A DNA stretch of 64,000 nucleotides from an uncultured Methanoregulaceae archaeon. GTDB lineage: Archaea; Halobacteriota; Methanomicrobia; Methanomicrobiales; Methanospirillaceae. The first letter of the stretch is position 1; each line of letters starts with the position of its first letter. The stretch lies in NCBI GenBank assembly GCA_963705255.1, contig OY970061.1, positions 1,984,001 to 2,048,000 of the forward strand. The letters are read 5' to 3'. Made by a program: the position numbers and the translations under genes. Under the pieces are notes generated by a model. That model was given only the letters and a program-made list of their open reading frames with translations, was not told the DNA's origin and searched no databases. Below are positions 21,086 to 30,923 of the stretch, piece by piece.

Positions 21086-23083
21086 TCACTGTACGTACCA
21101 GTCGTGAATGGTCTGGTTCGCCGCGCCGTCGATCATGGTCGAGTTGTCCGATGAGATAAGGCTCAGGCTCCCCTGCCCGTTCATGCCGAGGCTGTTGATC
21201 TGGATCCAAGCGTTGTCAAGGTCGTTGAGGATCGGCGAACCGTCGACGATGAATAATGTCCGCGCCGATGCAGGAGGGAAATAGTAGGTCAGGGCGGTGT
21301 TGAAATCACTCATATACGGGATGTAGATGCTGTCAATCTTCCCCTCCGATATGAGGTCGCCGTCGATATAGAGAGCCATATCCGGGAAACTGAACTTGAG
21401 GATTTTTCCGGAGTCGATGTGGATATCGCCGGACTGATCCTTCTGCGCCACGATACGGACGACAGCCCCTTTCGGGATCTCGCGGAACCCGCCGTTCATA
21501 CCGATCGTTGCCGGGGAATTGCTGATTACAAACTGGACGTTGGAGTCCTTGCGGATGATACCCTGTTTCCCGGTCTTCACAACGATATCCTGCAGGGGGA
21601 GCATGTAGGGGGCCGTCACCGTAACGTACCCGGTCTTGAACGCATCGCTGCTGGCGTAGACGGTGCCTATGGAAAGCCAGACCGGGTAGACCCCGGGCTG
21701 GTCGTACTCAACAACCGGGTTCGGGTCGTTCGAATAGATCGGGGTGGCATTGGGCCCGAAACTCCAGTTCCACCACCATGGCGAGCCCGACGAGAGATCC
21801 TGGAACCTGACCTTGAGCGGTGCAGCTCCCGTTAACGGGGTGCCATTGAAATCGGCGACCAGTTGCGGCGAGTCTACAATGACCGCATTCTCCCGGATAC
21901 GGGAGTCGGTCTGGTCGCCGCTGTGTACCGTGAGATTGATGGAATAGGAGCCGGGGTCCTGGTACTGGTGGACCGGATCTCTCTCCGATGACGTGCTCCC
22001 ATCCCCGAAGTCCCACGACCACGCGGTCTCATTCTCCCGGATACCCACCGACTTGTCCCGGAACGAGACATTGAACGGTGCCAGGCCTTCATCCGGCGGG
22101 CCGGAGGAGAAATCTGCGATGAGGGCGGGCGAGAGGGAGATCGAGTCCGCTTTCCCTTCGTAGAAGGCAGGAAAGCCGACGAGCGTAAGATCACTGCGGA
22201 TATCGGCAGTATCGAGGGATAGATCGATCTGCGAATTTTCTTCTCCTGACAGGTTCTCCTCTCCGTCGATGACGAGCTGGCGAATATCCCCTTCTGTCGG
22301 AATAATCCCAAACGACAGGTTCGCCCGGGCACTCGCAGGGCCCGCGACATCACAGTCCCCGGATACGCCGGTGGCAGCCTGTGAACCGTTGACAAAGAGC
22401 GTCGCGTCATCAGCACTAAACGCAAGCAGGTTGCCGTACCGTATGGTCACATTTCCGGGGGAATCGATATCTGTCCTGAGCTTCACCACCGAGCCGTTGG
22501 GGATGGTTATGTGCTGCCCGGCTATGGTGACCGAAGTGTCGTTGCGATCCGACACGAAGACAAAATATGACCCTTTCTTCAGCACGCCCTGCCGGAGCGT
22601 ATCGAGAAGGACCGTGTGCTCCTGACGGATCCCGTCGCCGACCGCCGTATTCTGGGTAATGGTCTGGGGTGCCCCGTCACCCCGGGTAACCGTAAGCGTA
22701 ACATTGTAGCTCCCGGGCGACGCGTACTGGTGGACGGGGAAACGGCTGTCGCTCGTACTGTTGTCGCCAAAGTCCCAGTACCAGGTCACGGGATCACCCC
22801 GGCTCAGATCGAGAAACTTCATGGTCAGCGGAGTGTACAGATCCGAACGCGACCCGGAGAAATCTGCAATGAGGGGTTTTTGAAGCGGCGTTGAAAGAGA
22901 GGTTGCCATCCCCCCAATCGGCGTCGTCGGGGACGCCGAGGCCCTGGGCTCGAACACCTGGGCCAGGACAGCCGGGCCGGGGAGCAGGTGGAAAAAAGAT
23001 GCTGCACCGGCAAGAAGGAGAACCATGAAGAGGATGCCGGCGATGAGCACGCGTTTTTTTATACGGGGAAATGAACGCTTCAT
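21086..23083 (-). CDS. Membrane-anchored PKD-repeat surface protein
   Basis: Start MKRSFP at 23083; N-terminal TM; three PKD domains (WYWDFGD, WSWDFGDG, WNWSFG) and two copies of another domain. Confidence 0.85.
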   Translation of the reverse strand: MKRSFPRIKKRVLIAGILFMVLLLAGAASFFHLLPGPAVLAQVFEPRASASPTTPIGGMATSLSTPLQKPLIADFSGSRSDLYTPLTMKFLDLSRGDPVTWYWDFGDNSTSDSRFPVHQYASPGSYNVTLTVTRGDGAPQTITQNTAVGDGIRQEHTVLLDTLRQGVLKKGSYFVFVSDRNDTSVTIAGQHITIPNGSVVKLRTDIDSPGNVTIRYGNLLAFSADDATLFVNGSQAATGVSGDCDVAGPASARANLSFGIIPTEGDIRQLVIDGEENLSGEENSQIDLSLDTADIRSDLTLVGFPAFYEGKADSISLSPALIADFSSGPPDEGLAPFNVSFRDKSVGIRENETAWSWDFGDGSTSSERDPVHQYQDPGSYSINLTVHSGDQTDSRIRENAVIVDSPQLVADFNGTPLTGAAPLKVRFQDLSSGSPWWWNWSFGPNATPIYSNDPNPVVEYDQPGVYPVWLSIGTVYASSDAFKTGYVTVTAPYMLPLQDIVVKTGKQGIIRKDSNVQFVISNSPATIGMNGGFREIPKGAVVRIVAQKDQSGDIHIDSGKILKFSFPDMALYIDGDLISEGKIDSIYIPYMSDFNTALTYYFPPASARTLFIVDGSPILNDLDNAWIQINSLGMNGQGSLSLISSDNSTMIDGAANQTIHDWYVQ

Positions 23084-23322
23084 ATATCGGTTCCGGGTAT
23101 CGAAGAGTCTGAGGAAGAAGGTCGCCGATGGAGGATGATGGTTCGTGTGCACTGGCTGGATCCGGAGGGTATTCCGCACCGGGTTTTATGACTACTGTAC
23201 TCTTCCGGGTTTTTTTGAAATATATCTTTTGAGTAGAGAATATAGAGTGATATAATGTCCCCATATGTTTTTCAAAAGTTCAGTCTCTGCAGCTATTCCC
23301 GTGCGACAGTGTGCGCTGTGGT

Positions 23323-25818
23323 TCAACCGAGACACCACCGGGTTGCGCTGTGCCCGTTGAACGCAACCTGCATGTACGTATTCTTCAGGTCGTTAACCGC
23401 CGCGTCCGGGACTTCGTAAATGAGGTAGCCGTCAATCGCCTGACTGGGCCCGGGTTTGAGGTTGTAATTCAGGTAATCCATATCGGTTACACTGTTCTCC
23501 TGCCATCCCGAAATACCAGTGCTGGCAGGCGCCGGTGTCGGAGTTGCGGGTGTCGCCGTCGTATTGTTAAGAAGGCCCTGATCTTCAAAGATATTGTACC
23601 CCATCAGGAAGGCGTAGTCCCGCTTGTCCTGCCCGAGCTCCCGGATCCACTCGTAAGGGATATTGGGAAAGACAGCGCTGTAATCGTTGATATTCTGCTG
23701 GTCGGCTAACGACAGGTCGAAATAGGGACTGTGACCATAGCTGACGCCATTGTAGGTTACATTGAACTGGTCTGCAGAGGGAATGATGGCGCTCATCTTC
23801 CCGGTGTTCTCAATCCTGATGAAGACGACGAGGTACGAGTCCCCGGTTGCGGGGACCTGCTGCACAAACCGGTTCCAGTCTGCCCACCACCAGAAGTAGA
23901 ACGGTAGCACCTTCACGTCATATATGGTGGCGCGGATCGCGTGGGACGGATCGCCGTACTGGTAATTCTCGCGGAGGGAGAGCGCGTCCCGGACCGGCAC
24001 TCCCCCGACAGAGGTCGCTGGTGCGGGTCCGGAGGCGGACCTGGAGGTTTCCGACGGAGTTACCGGGTTCGTTGTCGTGGGACCTTCACCGTTCAACCCC
24101 TCGGATGCGAGCAATGCTGCGAGACGGGCGCTCCGGTCGGCGGCAGACAAAGATGCCGAGGATGATGACGCTGATGCGGGGGTATTGCCGGTATTGAAGA
24201 GCCCCGACCCGGCCGAAGAGAGCACGCATGCGACCGCGAGGACGAGGCAGAATCCGGCTGCCACGCCGGCAGCGCCGGCCTTCCGGTTCTTCGCCCTGAA
24301 GGCCCCGCCCCGTTTTGCAACGAACAGTCCGAAGACGAGGCCGGCTACGGCAACGATGAGGGTGAGGGAGGTGGAGAAGAGGGCGGCAAGCGACGGGCTC
24401 GCCGGGCCGAGCGCATGGTTGAGCGGAGGTATACCGGCAAGGATTGCGATGAGGATAAGAATGACCAGCGGGATGGTGAATGGGAGGAGGGCGCGGATGA
24501 AGGGGCGGATTGAACGTCTTGAACTTCCATGATCCGCCGGTTGTACATTAATTGCTCCTTCGGGATGATCCTTCTTACCGGGTACTGGAATACGCATCTT
24601 CTGGCGGAACGTACGGAACCATTGCCTGATGCTGGTGCCGTCTGAATAGATTTTTTCCCCTGGATGCGATAGTTTCGGGGGGTTTGTGGCAGAGTGAACG
24701 ACCGGGATTGTATCGGCATCAGGTGAAAATTGCGGACCCGGCATCGGCTCTGCCGGTGTTCCGCCGTGGCGGACCACTTCCGGCTCGGAAAACAAACCCG
24801 CTGGTACCGGGGGGGCAGTCTCCTCGTCGGTACGCAAGATCAGATCTTTTGGTTTTTTCCTGCGGAAAGACTTTGATAGAGATCTGAAAAGTGAAGACAG
24901 GCGGTTATCCTGATGCCCCTGTGCCTTTGCCGTGGCATAGGAGAGAATTCCCTTTGCCGAGATGTTTATGAGCATCACCATCATGATGAGGATAAACCCG
25001 GCAGCAAATATTGACGACACGGGAAAGACATTGGAATTTTCATAGGAGGTATAGAGGAATACCGGTAGTGACCCGACCAGATTATTGAGTGGATAAATCT
25101 TTATGCCAAGAAGAAACTGCGGGTTCAGTGCGATCCTGAATTCCGGCATGTTCTGGGAATACCCCGCGGTAAGGATGACGACTGCCGACTCTTCTGCAGC
25201 CCTGCCGAATCCCAGGATAGCCCCGACGATGATGCCGGAGAATGCAGAGGGGACGATGATATTCCGGATTGTCAGCCATTTTGTTGCACCGAGTGCGTAG
25301 CTGCCCTCTTCAAGTTCCTTGGATACGCGTGCAATTGCGTCCTCAGTTGCGCGCTCAATCACCGGGAGTATCAGGATGGCAAGTGCCACGGTTCCTGCAA
25401 AGAGGGACTCTCCCCCGGTAATTGGCCTGAGATAGACGACCAGTACGAGGACGCCGAATATCCCCAGTACTATCGAGGGAGTGCCCGAGAGCACTTCGAT
25501 CATCAGCCGTAAAAACCGGGTGAGATGGTTGTCGGGCGCGTATTTCTTGAGATAGATTGCCGTTCCGATTGCGAACGGGATCGCAAGGATAGTAGACGTG
25601 ATGGCCAGAAGAATAGTACCGACAATGGCATTTGCGATCCCGGTCCCGAGACCCATCCCTGAATTGATTTCTGTGAAGAGAATAAAATGCGGCGTCAGGG
25701 ATGCAATGCCTTTAAGGAAGATAATCACGAGAATGAGCAGGAGCATTCCTGCGGCAGAGAGCGCGGCAGCTCCGCAGATCCCCATCATGATCGTCCCTTT
25801 GAGCTTCCGGAGGTTCAT
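23323..25818 (-). CDS. pstA: Phosphate ABC permease PstA with long C-terminal extension (extra TMs + extracellular beta domain, DUF4352-like)
   Basis: IVGT, LSGTPSIVLG, EEGSYALGATKW, GRAAEESA in the first ~295 aa; then linker, 3 TMs and YLVVFIRIENTG...NLKPG...GYLIYEVP; one uninterrupted 831-aa ORF. Confidence 0.88.
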   Translation of the reverse strand: MNLRKLKGTIMMGICGAAALSAAGMLLLILVIIFLKGIASLTPHFILFTEINSGMGLGTGIANAIVGTILLAITSTILAIPFAIGTAIYLKKYAPDNHLTRFLRLMIEVLSGTPSIVLGIFGVLVLVVYLRPITGGESLFAGTVALAILILPVIERATEDAIARVSKELEEGSYALGATKWLTIRNIIVPSAFSGIIVGAILGFGRAAEESAVVILTAGYSQNMPEFRIALNPQFLLGIKIYPLNNLVGSLPVFLYTSYENSNVFPVSSIFAAGFILIMMVMLINISAKGILSYATAKAQGHQDNRLSSLFRSLSKSFRRKKPKDLILRTDEETAPPVPAGLFSEPEVVRHGGTPAEPMPGPQFSPDADTIPVVHSATNPPKLSHPGEKIYSDGTSIRQWFRTFRQKMRIPVPGKKDHPEGAINVQPADHGSSRRSIRPFIRALLPFTIPLVILILIAILAGIPPLNHALGPASPSLAALFSTSLTLIVAVAGLVFGLFVAKRGGAFRAKNRKAGAAGVAAGFCLVLAVACVLSSAGSGLFNTGNTPASASSSSASLSAADRSARLAALLASEGLNGEGPTTTNPVTPSETSRSASGPAPATSVGGVPVRDALSLRENYQYGDPSHAIRATIYDVKVLPFYFWWWADWNRFVQQVPATGDSYLVVFIRIENTGKMSAIIPSADQFNVTYNGVSYGHSPYFDLSLADQQNINDYSAVFPNIPYEWIRELGQDKRDYAFLMGYNIFEDQGLLNNTTATPATPTPAPASTGISGWQENSVTDMDYLNYNLKPGPSQAIDGYLIYEVPDAAVNDLKNTYMQVAFNGHSATRWCLG

Positions 25819-26735
25819 GTGGCGCCCTCCACCCGTTTTTTCAGCCGGTTACTGATGATATGGATCGCAGCAACGAACCCTATCTCCATGACCATGAGCA
25901 CGGCACCGATGGCAAAAAGCGCGCTCCGCCCTTCGGGCTCCACTACATAGTACCCGATATCCAGGAGAATTTTGGCGGTCATCGGCATGCCCAGATCGAG
26001 AAACGACGCCGGAGTACTTCCTACATTTCCTACAAGCATCACGACCGCCATCGTCTCGCCCATCGCCCGCATAATTCCCAGGATCAGGCCGGTGACGATG
26101 CCGGAGAGGGACGCAGGGAGTACGAGGTGCTGGATGGTTTCCCATTTTGTTGCCCCGAGCGCAGTCGATCCCTCCCGCAGGTCTGCAGGTACCCCCCGCA
26201 TCGACTCCCGCGAGAGGGCGACAACGGTCGGAAGGATCATGATAGCAAGGACGGTAGCTGCCAGCGGGATGCCGAGCCCGCTATCATTACCCGACCGGAA
26301 TAAGGGAATAAATCCCAGAGTCTTCCCAATGAACGGATTGATATAATCGGTGAAATAGCTCCGCAGGACAAAAAAGCCGAAGATACCGTACACGACTGAC
26401 GGTATCCCCACCAGCAGTTCGATGAGTGTGCTGAGAAGGTGATCGAGCCATGGAGGTGCAAACTCCGAGAGGAATACCGCGGTCGCAAGGCCCAGCGGGA
26501 CCGCGATTGCGACGGTAACGACGGTCACCATCAGGGTTGCGACAATGAATGGCCAGATACCGAACTGGTGGGTTGCATAATCCCACGTAGATCCGAAGAC
26601 AAAACCGAGCCCCTCGCGCCCCAGCACCGGGGCAGCGGCGAAGAGAATATACCCGATGATTATGATGACACTCAGGGCGGTTACAATAGAACAGGAGAGA
26701 AAGAGAAACTTGTGGATATCGGGTTTTCCGTTCAT
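25815..26735 (-). CDS. pstC: Phosphate ABC permease PstC
   Basis: [35 protein letters not shown]; ATGA overlap with pstA. Confidence 0.93.
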   Translation of the reverse strand: MNGKPDIHKFLFLSCSIVTALSVIIIIGYILFAAAPVLGREGLGFVFGSTWDYATHQFGIWPFIVATLMVTVVTVAIAVPLGLATAVFLSEFAPPWLDHLLSTLIELLVGIPSVVYGIFGFFVLRSYFTDYINPFIGKTLGFIPLFRSGNDSGLGIPLAATVLAIMILPTVVALSRESMRGVPADLREGSTALGATKWETIQHLVLPASLSGIVTGLILGIMRAMGETMAVVMLVGNVGSTPASFLDLGMPMTAKILLDIGYYVVEPEGRSALFAIGAVLMVMEIGFVAAIHIISNRLKKRVEGAT

Positions 26736-26738
26736 TGG

Positions 26739-26752
26739 AAAAAAGAAAAAAA
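26739..26752 (-). terminator. Oligo-T tract between pstS and pstC (possible partial terminator)
   Basis: TTTTTTTCTTTTTT on the minus strand just after the pstS stop; a similar tract follows the second pstS at 47815-47827. Confidence 0.4.
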
Positions 26753-26765
26753 TTATGGTTCAACT

Positions 26766-27902
26766 TCAGACGAAGTCGTAGAGCGAGTACATACCGGCGT
26801 TGTTGTACGCGGTTGCTTCGGTCGGTGACTTTGCGAAGTTAATCAGGTTGGTAACAACCGAGCTTGCTGAGCTGGTGCCCGGGGTCGTGACGATACCGTT
26901 GGTTGATGCAGTGGGTGCAGTTCCCTTGGTGATCCAGTAGAGACCGCCAACAAGGCCCTGGGGGTAGTTCTTTGCGGATCCGCCAGTGTTGTCCTGTGCA
27001 TGCTGGTAATACCAGTCCTTGAGGGAGTTCTTGATGTTAGCGTGGGACGGGACGTACGTTACGGGTGATCCAGAGGAACTGTCGGTGACGTTCAGAATGA
27101 TGATTCCCGATGCGGGAGTTGTGCTGGCAACTCCACCGGTAATCGCGTATCCTGCGTCAACGTAGCCGAGAGCGGACGGGGTGGTCTGAACTAAGGAGAG
27201 TTCTGCTGCATTGCCGTTGTTGGTTCCGGCGTTTGCAATCGGCATTGAGGTGCCAAGGTAGCTGTTGACCGTGTTTTCGGTGCCGGAGCCGGACTCGCGC
27301 TGTTCAACTACTGTATTTATGAGAACGTCGCCACCAGTAGAGGCTGCAGTTGTCTTGCCATTTAAGACATTAGCATTGGTGAATGCAAATACGAGATCTG
27401 CCGTGTGAACGCCACCGGTTTGTGCCGCTGGTGATACCGCGGGTGTCGCCTTGTTGGTGATGAATACGACACCGCGGCCACCGATCTGCGTGTAGTAGAG
27501 GTTCTGGTAGTTCGGGTCGCTCGGGTTGTTTGTCTGGGCGGTTAGGATGTTGGATGCAGACGATGCTGCACCGATGTCGCTGATGCCCATCGCTACGGAT
27601 GAGACACCGGCGCCGGAGCCGCCACCCTGGACATTCAGCTGGTAGCCGGGGTTTGCCTTCTGGAAGTCAGACTGGAGGTTGAGCTCTGCGGGAAGGAGCG
27701 TGGTCGATCCAGCGATGAGGATCTCGGTCTGGGATGCAGACGACGCCTGCGAGGCGGACGCCTGTTTCGATACATCGGTCGAGAAGGTACCCATGATGGT
27801 ACCGACAGCGACCGCACCGATGACTGCGACGACGATAAGAACGAGGGTCGCAACGATCGGCGAGACTGCCATTTCATTGTTCATGTGTTTCAGATTTGCC
27901 AT
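26766..27902 (-). CDS. pstS: PstS-family phosphate-binding protein with N-terminal archaeal type IV pilin (class III signal) domain
   Basis: ATG at 27902 with SD AGGTGA at 27910-27915; MANLKHMNNEMA/VSPIVATLVLIVVAVIGAVAVG; PBP motifs IAGSTT, GGGSGAG, RESGSGT, LGYV. Confidence 0.88.
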   Translation of the reverse strand: MANLKHMNNEMAVSPIVATLVLIVVAVIGAVAVGTIMGTFSTDVSKQASASQASSASQTEILIAGSTTLLPAELNLQSDFQKANPGYQLNVQGGGSGAGVSSVAMGISDIGAASSASNILTAQTNNPSDPNYQNLYYTQIGGRGVVFITNKATPAVSPAAQTGGVHTADLVFAFTNANVLNGKTTAASTGGDVLINTVVEQRESGSGTENTVNSYLGTSMPIANAGTNNGNAAELSLVQTTPSALGYVDAGYAITGGVASTTPASGIIILNVTDSSSGSPVTYVPSHANIKNSLKDWYYQHAQDNTGGSAKNYPQGLVGGLYWITKGTAPTASTNGIVTTPGTSSASSVVTNLINFAKSPTEATAYNNAGMYSLYDFV

Positions 27903-28213
27903 TGGGATTTCACCTGGGTTTTGTGGATGGAGGAGGCGATAAAAAATTACTAGGGTTTTGGAGTTCTTGCTGATTGATTCCTGGATGTGTGCTCTGCTAC
28001 GGTTTCTTGCGGTGAAGTCATTCATCCCCCACAGATGTCATATCACCGATCAGATAATCGACTGCAAGATATATATTTTTTGCGATCTTAATATAGATTT
28101 TAAAGTAACTAATATAGAGTTAACAATAGACTTTGAAAACCTGGCGTACCGCCGATCTTCAGGGACCCGGGGATTCCGGGACCGTGCGGCATTCCCGAAA
28201 AAAGGATTGGCGA

Positions 28214-28465
28214 TCATGGATCTTCCCCACGCCAGGAAACCATGATCAGGGTGAATGTGATTAACACCGCCAATATCAGTATGGGCAACGTAAAATCGAC
28301 CCGGAACGAGTACAGGGATATACTCGCCATTGTCATAAGAACGAGACAGGCAGCGGAGACGAATCCAAGTACTTTTTTGTTGCCCGAAAAATTTCCTGGA
28401 TAACTGAAGATGTCCGGATTGTGATCGCTGCTCAACAGGATGTCCCCCACTGTCTGTATGATCAC
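28214..28465 (-). CDS. Small two-TM membrane protein
   Basis: 83 aa with two hydrophobic segments; GAGGAG upstream. Confidence 0.5.
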   Translation of the reverse strand: MIIQTVGDILLSSDHNPDIFSYPGNFSGNKKVLGFVSAACLVLMTMASISLYSFRVDFTLPILILAVLITFTLIMVSWRGEDP

Positions 28466-29059
28466 TCCTCAGTCTTTGAGGGATATATGTTTTCGCAATT
28501 TAATCTATAGTTGTATCTGTTGGATATAGTGAGATTGCAACCCCTCTCCCGCGATACCGCTGTTGAGTTTTGGAGGGGAGGCGCGTATCCGGATCGGGCT
28601 CATCAATCCCTTCACCAGGTATCGGACTATAACAGTTGCCGGTATCCGGCTCTGCAGAACAGGTGCATCGTGTTCCGCCTGCGGCAAGCCATGCGGGGCA
28701 TTCGCCACTCCTACCGGTCCTGATCTTATGGGAGATCTTCCCACCGGGGTTTGGCAAAATACCAGGCTTTATGCGCTTTCCGATCCGGAAGATTCCCGCG
28801 AACCCGGGACCGGCGACCGGGTGCGATGGGGCGGAGTCGGGGATTCCTGTCCTGATACAGAGGGAAAGGTATCAGATTCCCAACCATTCCCGCCTCCCTG
28901 TTCTTTCGGTCGGAGTTCCCGCCCCTCCGTTTTTCCTTTGTCTGTCACAAACCTGACGTCCATAAAAAAAAATAGATCAATAGAGAAGCAAGCGATGGAT
29001 CTCACGTATGACAATTTCACAACATTAATGAGATCAGGTGGAGATTCCATGGTATCCTT

Positions 29060-29263
29060 ATGCTGGAAACTTCTGGTCCGGTTCCGGAAAATACCGGGAA
29101 ATGCTGTCCCTGTTGCAGCAGTGTTCAGGATGTCATCCCGATTGTTTATGCAATACCGACACCGCATCTCCGCACAGCGCAACGGAAGGGAAAGGTCATC
29201 ATATCCGCTCCCCCCTGCGGCCCGCATACGTGGTATTGCAAGAACTGCGGCACCCAGTGGTGA
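29060..29263 (+). CDS. Small Zn-finger-like protein
   Basis: CPCC...VIPIVY.IP...GKV...WYCKNCG. Confidence 0.6.
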   Translation: MLETSGPVPENTGKCCPCCSSVQDVIPIVYAIPTPHLRTAQRKGKVIISAPPCGPHTWYCKNCGTQW

Positions 29264-29454
29264 TCTGAGGGGGCCGCTGGAGGCTGTTCCCTCAAGGGGC
29301 AGCGGCTTACTGCCGTGTCACGCTCTTGGCTCATATAAGATAAGTCACACGGTACTTCAGGAACCAACGATAGGGTTGTGCCCGGACCTGTCGGGGCACC
29401 TTACAGATGTGTGCAGAATCTTTTCCAGTTCCCGGTTTTATAGTACATCGTTTC

Positions 29455-29673
29455 CTATCTCCGGAATAATTCGATGAAACTCGCACAGATATATGAAAGG
29501 ATGAAACCCGCAATAAACCCTTCAGCAAATACGATAATCATCTTCACCGGACCGCCGGTGTAAAACCCATAAACGCCTCCCGCTATCGCAAAAAATACTG
29601 CTGCCCACCCGACATGGATTATTGTGATCGCTTTTTGTCCGGATTGATTTTTGTGTTGAGATTTAGTGCTCAT
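29455..29673 (-). CDS. Small two-TM membrane protein
   Basis: 72 aa, two hydrophobic helices. Confidence 0.5.
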   Translation of the reverse strand: MSTKSQHKNQSGQKAITIIHVGWAAVFFAIAGGVYGFYTGGPVKMIIVFAEGFIAGFILSYICASFIELFRR

Positions 29674-29864
29674 ATTGTATTGTTATATTAATTCGCAATA
29701 ATCGTGTTGTTTTGTTATCTCGGGGATTGGTAAAATATCGTCTGGAATCAGGTGTTCCGGTCGTAATGCGGCAAACGTTCCCAATAACTATAGTCATCTA
29801 TTGATTTTTTGGACAAAAATATATAAATACCATCTGTGAAAAGAGATCATCCTGAGAAGTCTTA

Positions 29865-30212
29865 ATGAAAACCTGTTATGGGTGGGTTGAGATCGATGGC
29901 ATCCGGTACGACCATGACGTAATCGTCCACCGGAACCGCTCAGTCGAAAAACGATCCAAGAAAAAATCCCGGAAATGCCGGGGTTTCTTCCGGCATACAC
30001 CACTCGCCGACAGTGAGCTCGTCTTTCTTGACAAAGAGAAACCTGAGATCGTGTATATCGGGACCGGACAATTCAATGACCTTCCCATCACACTGGAAGC
30101 CCTCAGGATCCTGGCGAAGTTCACGACAATTATCCGTCCAACTCCGGAGATCATGAATTTCCTCACCGAAGAATATCGTCCATTTGCCGCGGTACTCCAC
30201 GTGAAATGCTGA
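29865..30212 (+). CDS. Mth938-like domain protein
   Basis: YGWVEIDG.RYDHDV, PEIVYIGTGQ, LHVKC. Confidence 0.8.
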   Translation: MKTCYGWVEIDGIRYDHDVIVHRNRSVEKRSKKKSRKCRGFFRHTPLADSELVFLDKEKPEIVYIGTGQFNDLPITLEALRILAKFTTIIRPTPEIMNFLTEEYRPFAAVLHVKC

Positions 30213-30301
30213 AAGCTTTCACGAACCTCTTCCGGATACGGACTCCCGATATCTTGATAATGGAATGGCGGTACTGATAAGATCGGAAGGAGGTTAACCG
30301 G

Positions 30302-30799
30302 ATGGATCTCTTCATTCTCAGACATGGAAAAGCAGGACAACCTTCAGAAGAACCGGATGACAGTGAGCGGGCGCTCACGGCACCAGGGAGAGAAGAAATT
30401 CGGGATATCGCCCGCTGGATGCGGAGAGAGAAATTCCGGTTCGGTGTCATCGCGTCGAGTCCGCTGATCCGCGCCAGCGAGACCGCCGGCATCGTTGCCC
30501 GGATACTGGACCGGAAGGACAGACTGGTCATCTGGGATGAACTTGCACCGGGAGGCGATCCGGACACCGTCTGTTACCGTGCCGCGCAATCCGGTAAGGA
30601 AACAGCCGTCCTTATCGTTGGCCACGAACCGGATTTATCCGGTCTGGCCGGCAGGATCATCTCCCAAAGCGGCGGACCGGCTTCTCTTGTCATTGCGAAA
30701 GGGGGGCTTGCAAAGATCAGGAATTTTTCGTTCGACAGCCGGCCTTCAGGTAATCTCCAGTGGCTCCTCACCCCGAAACAGATGCTGGCGATGCGATGA
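30302..30799 (+). CDS. sixA: Phosphohistidine phosphatase SixA
   Basis: LRHGKA, SSPLIRASETA, VGHEP. Confidence 0.92.
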   Translation: MDLFILRHGKAGQPSEEPDDSERALTAPGREEIRDIARWMRREKFRFGVIASSPLIRASETAGIVARILDRKDRLVIWDELAPGGDPDTVCYRAAQSGKETAVLIVGHEPDLSGLAGRIISQSGGPASLVIAKGGLAKIRNFSFDSRPSGNLQWLLTPKQMLAMR

Positions 30800-30923
30800 G
30801 ATCCCGGTGAGGCCGGAACCGGGAGACGAGATCCACGCCCAACCCGGCACCATCCCCGCGGGGGACGCGAGCCCGGGCCCCGGTTGTTCCCGTTCCGGAA
30901 GGCCCAAACCGCAGGGATGCGAT

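Noticed and set aside
27903-28025. Longer N-terminus of pilin-PstS as called by the ORF track
   Set aside because: SD AGGTGA and the class III signal position support ATG 27902; the extension looks like leader/promoter sequence
28500-29477. Several overlapping ORFs including the 304-aa 28563..29477
   Set aside because: Composition is not protein-like; only the small Zn-finger ORF 29060..29263 has a credible pattern
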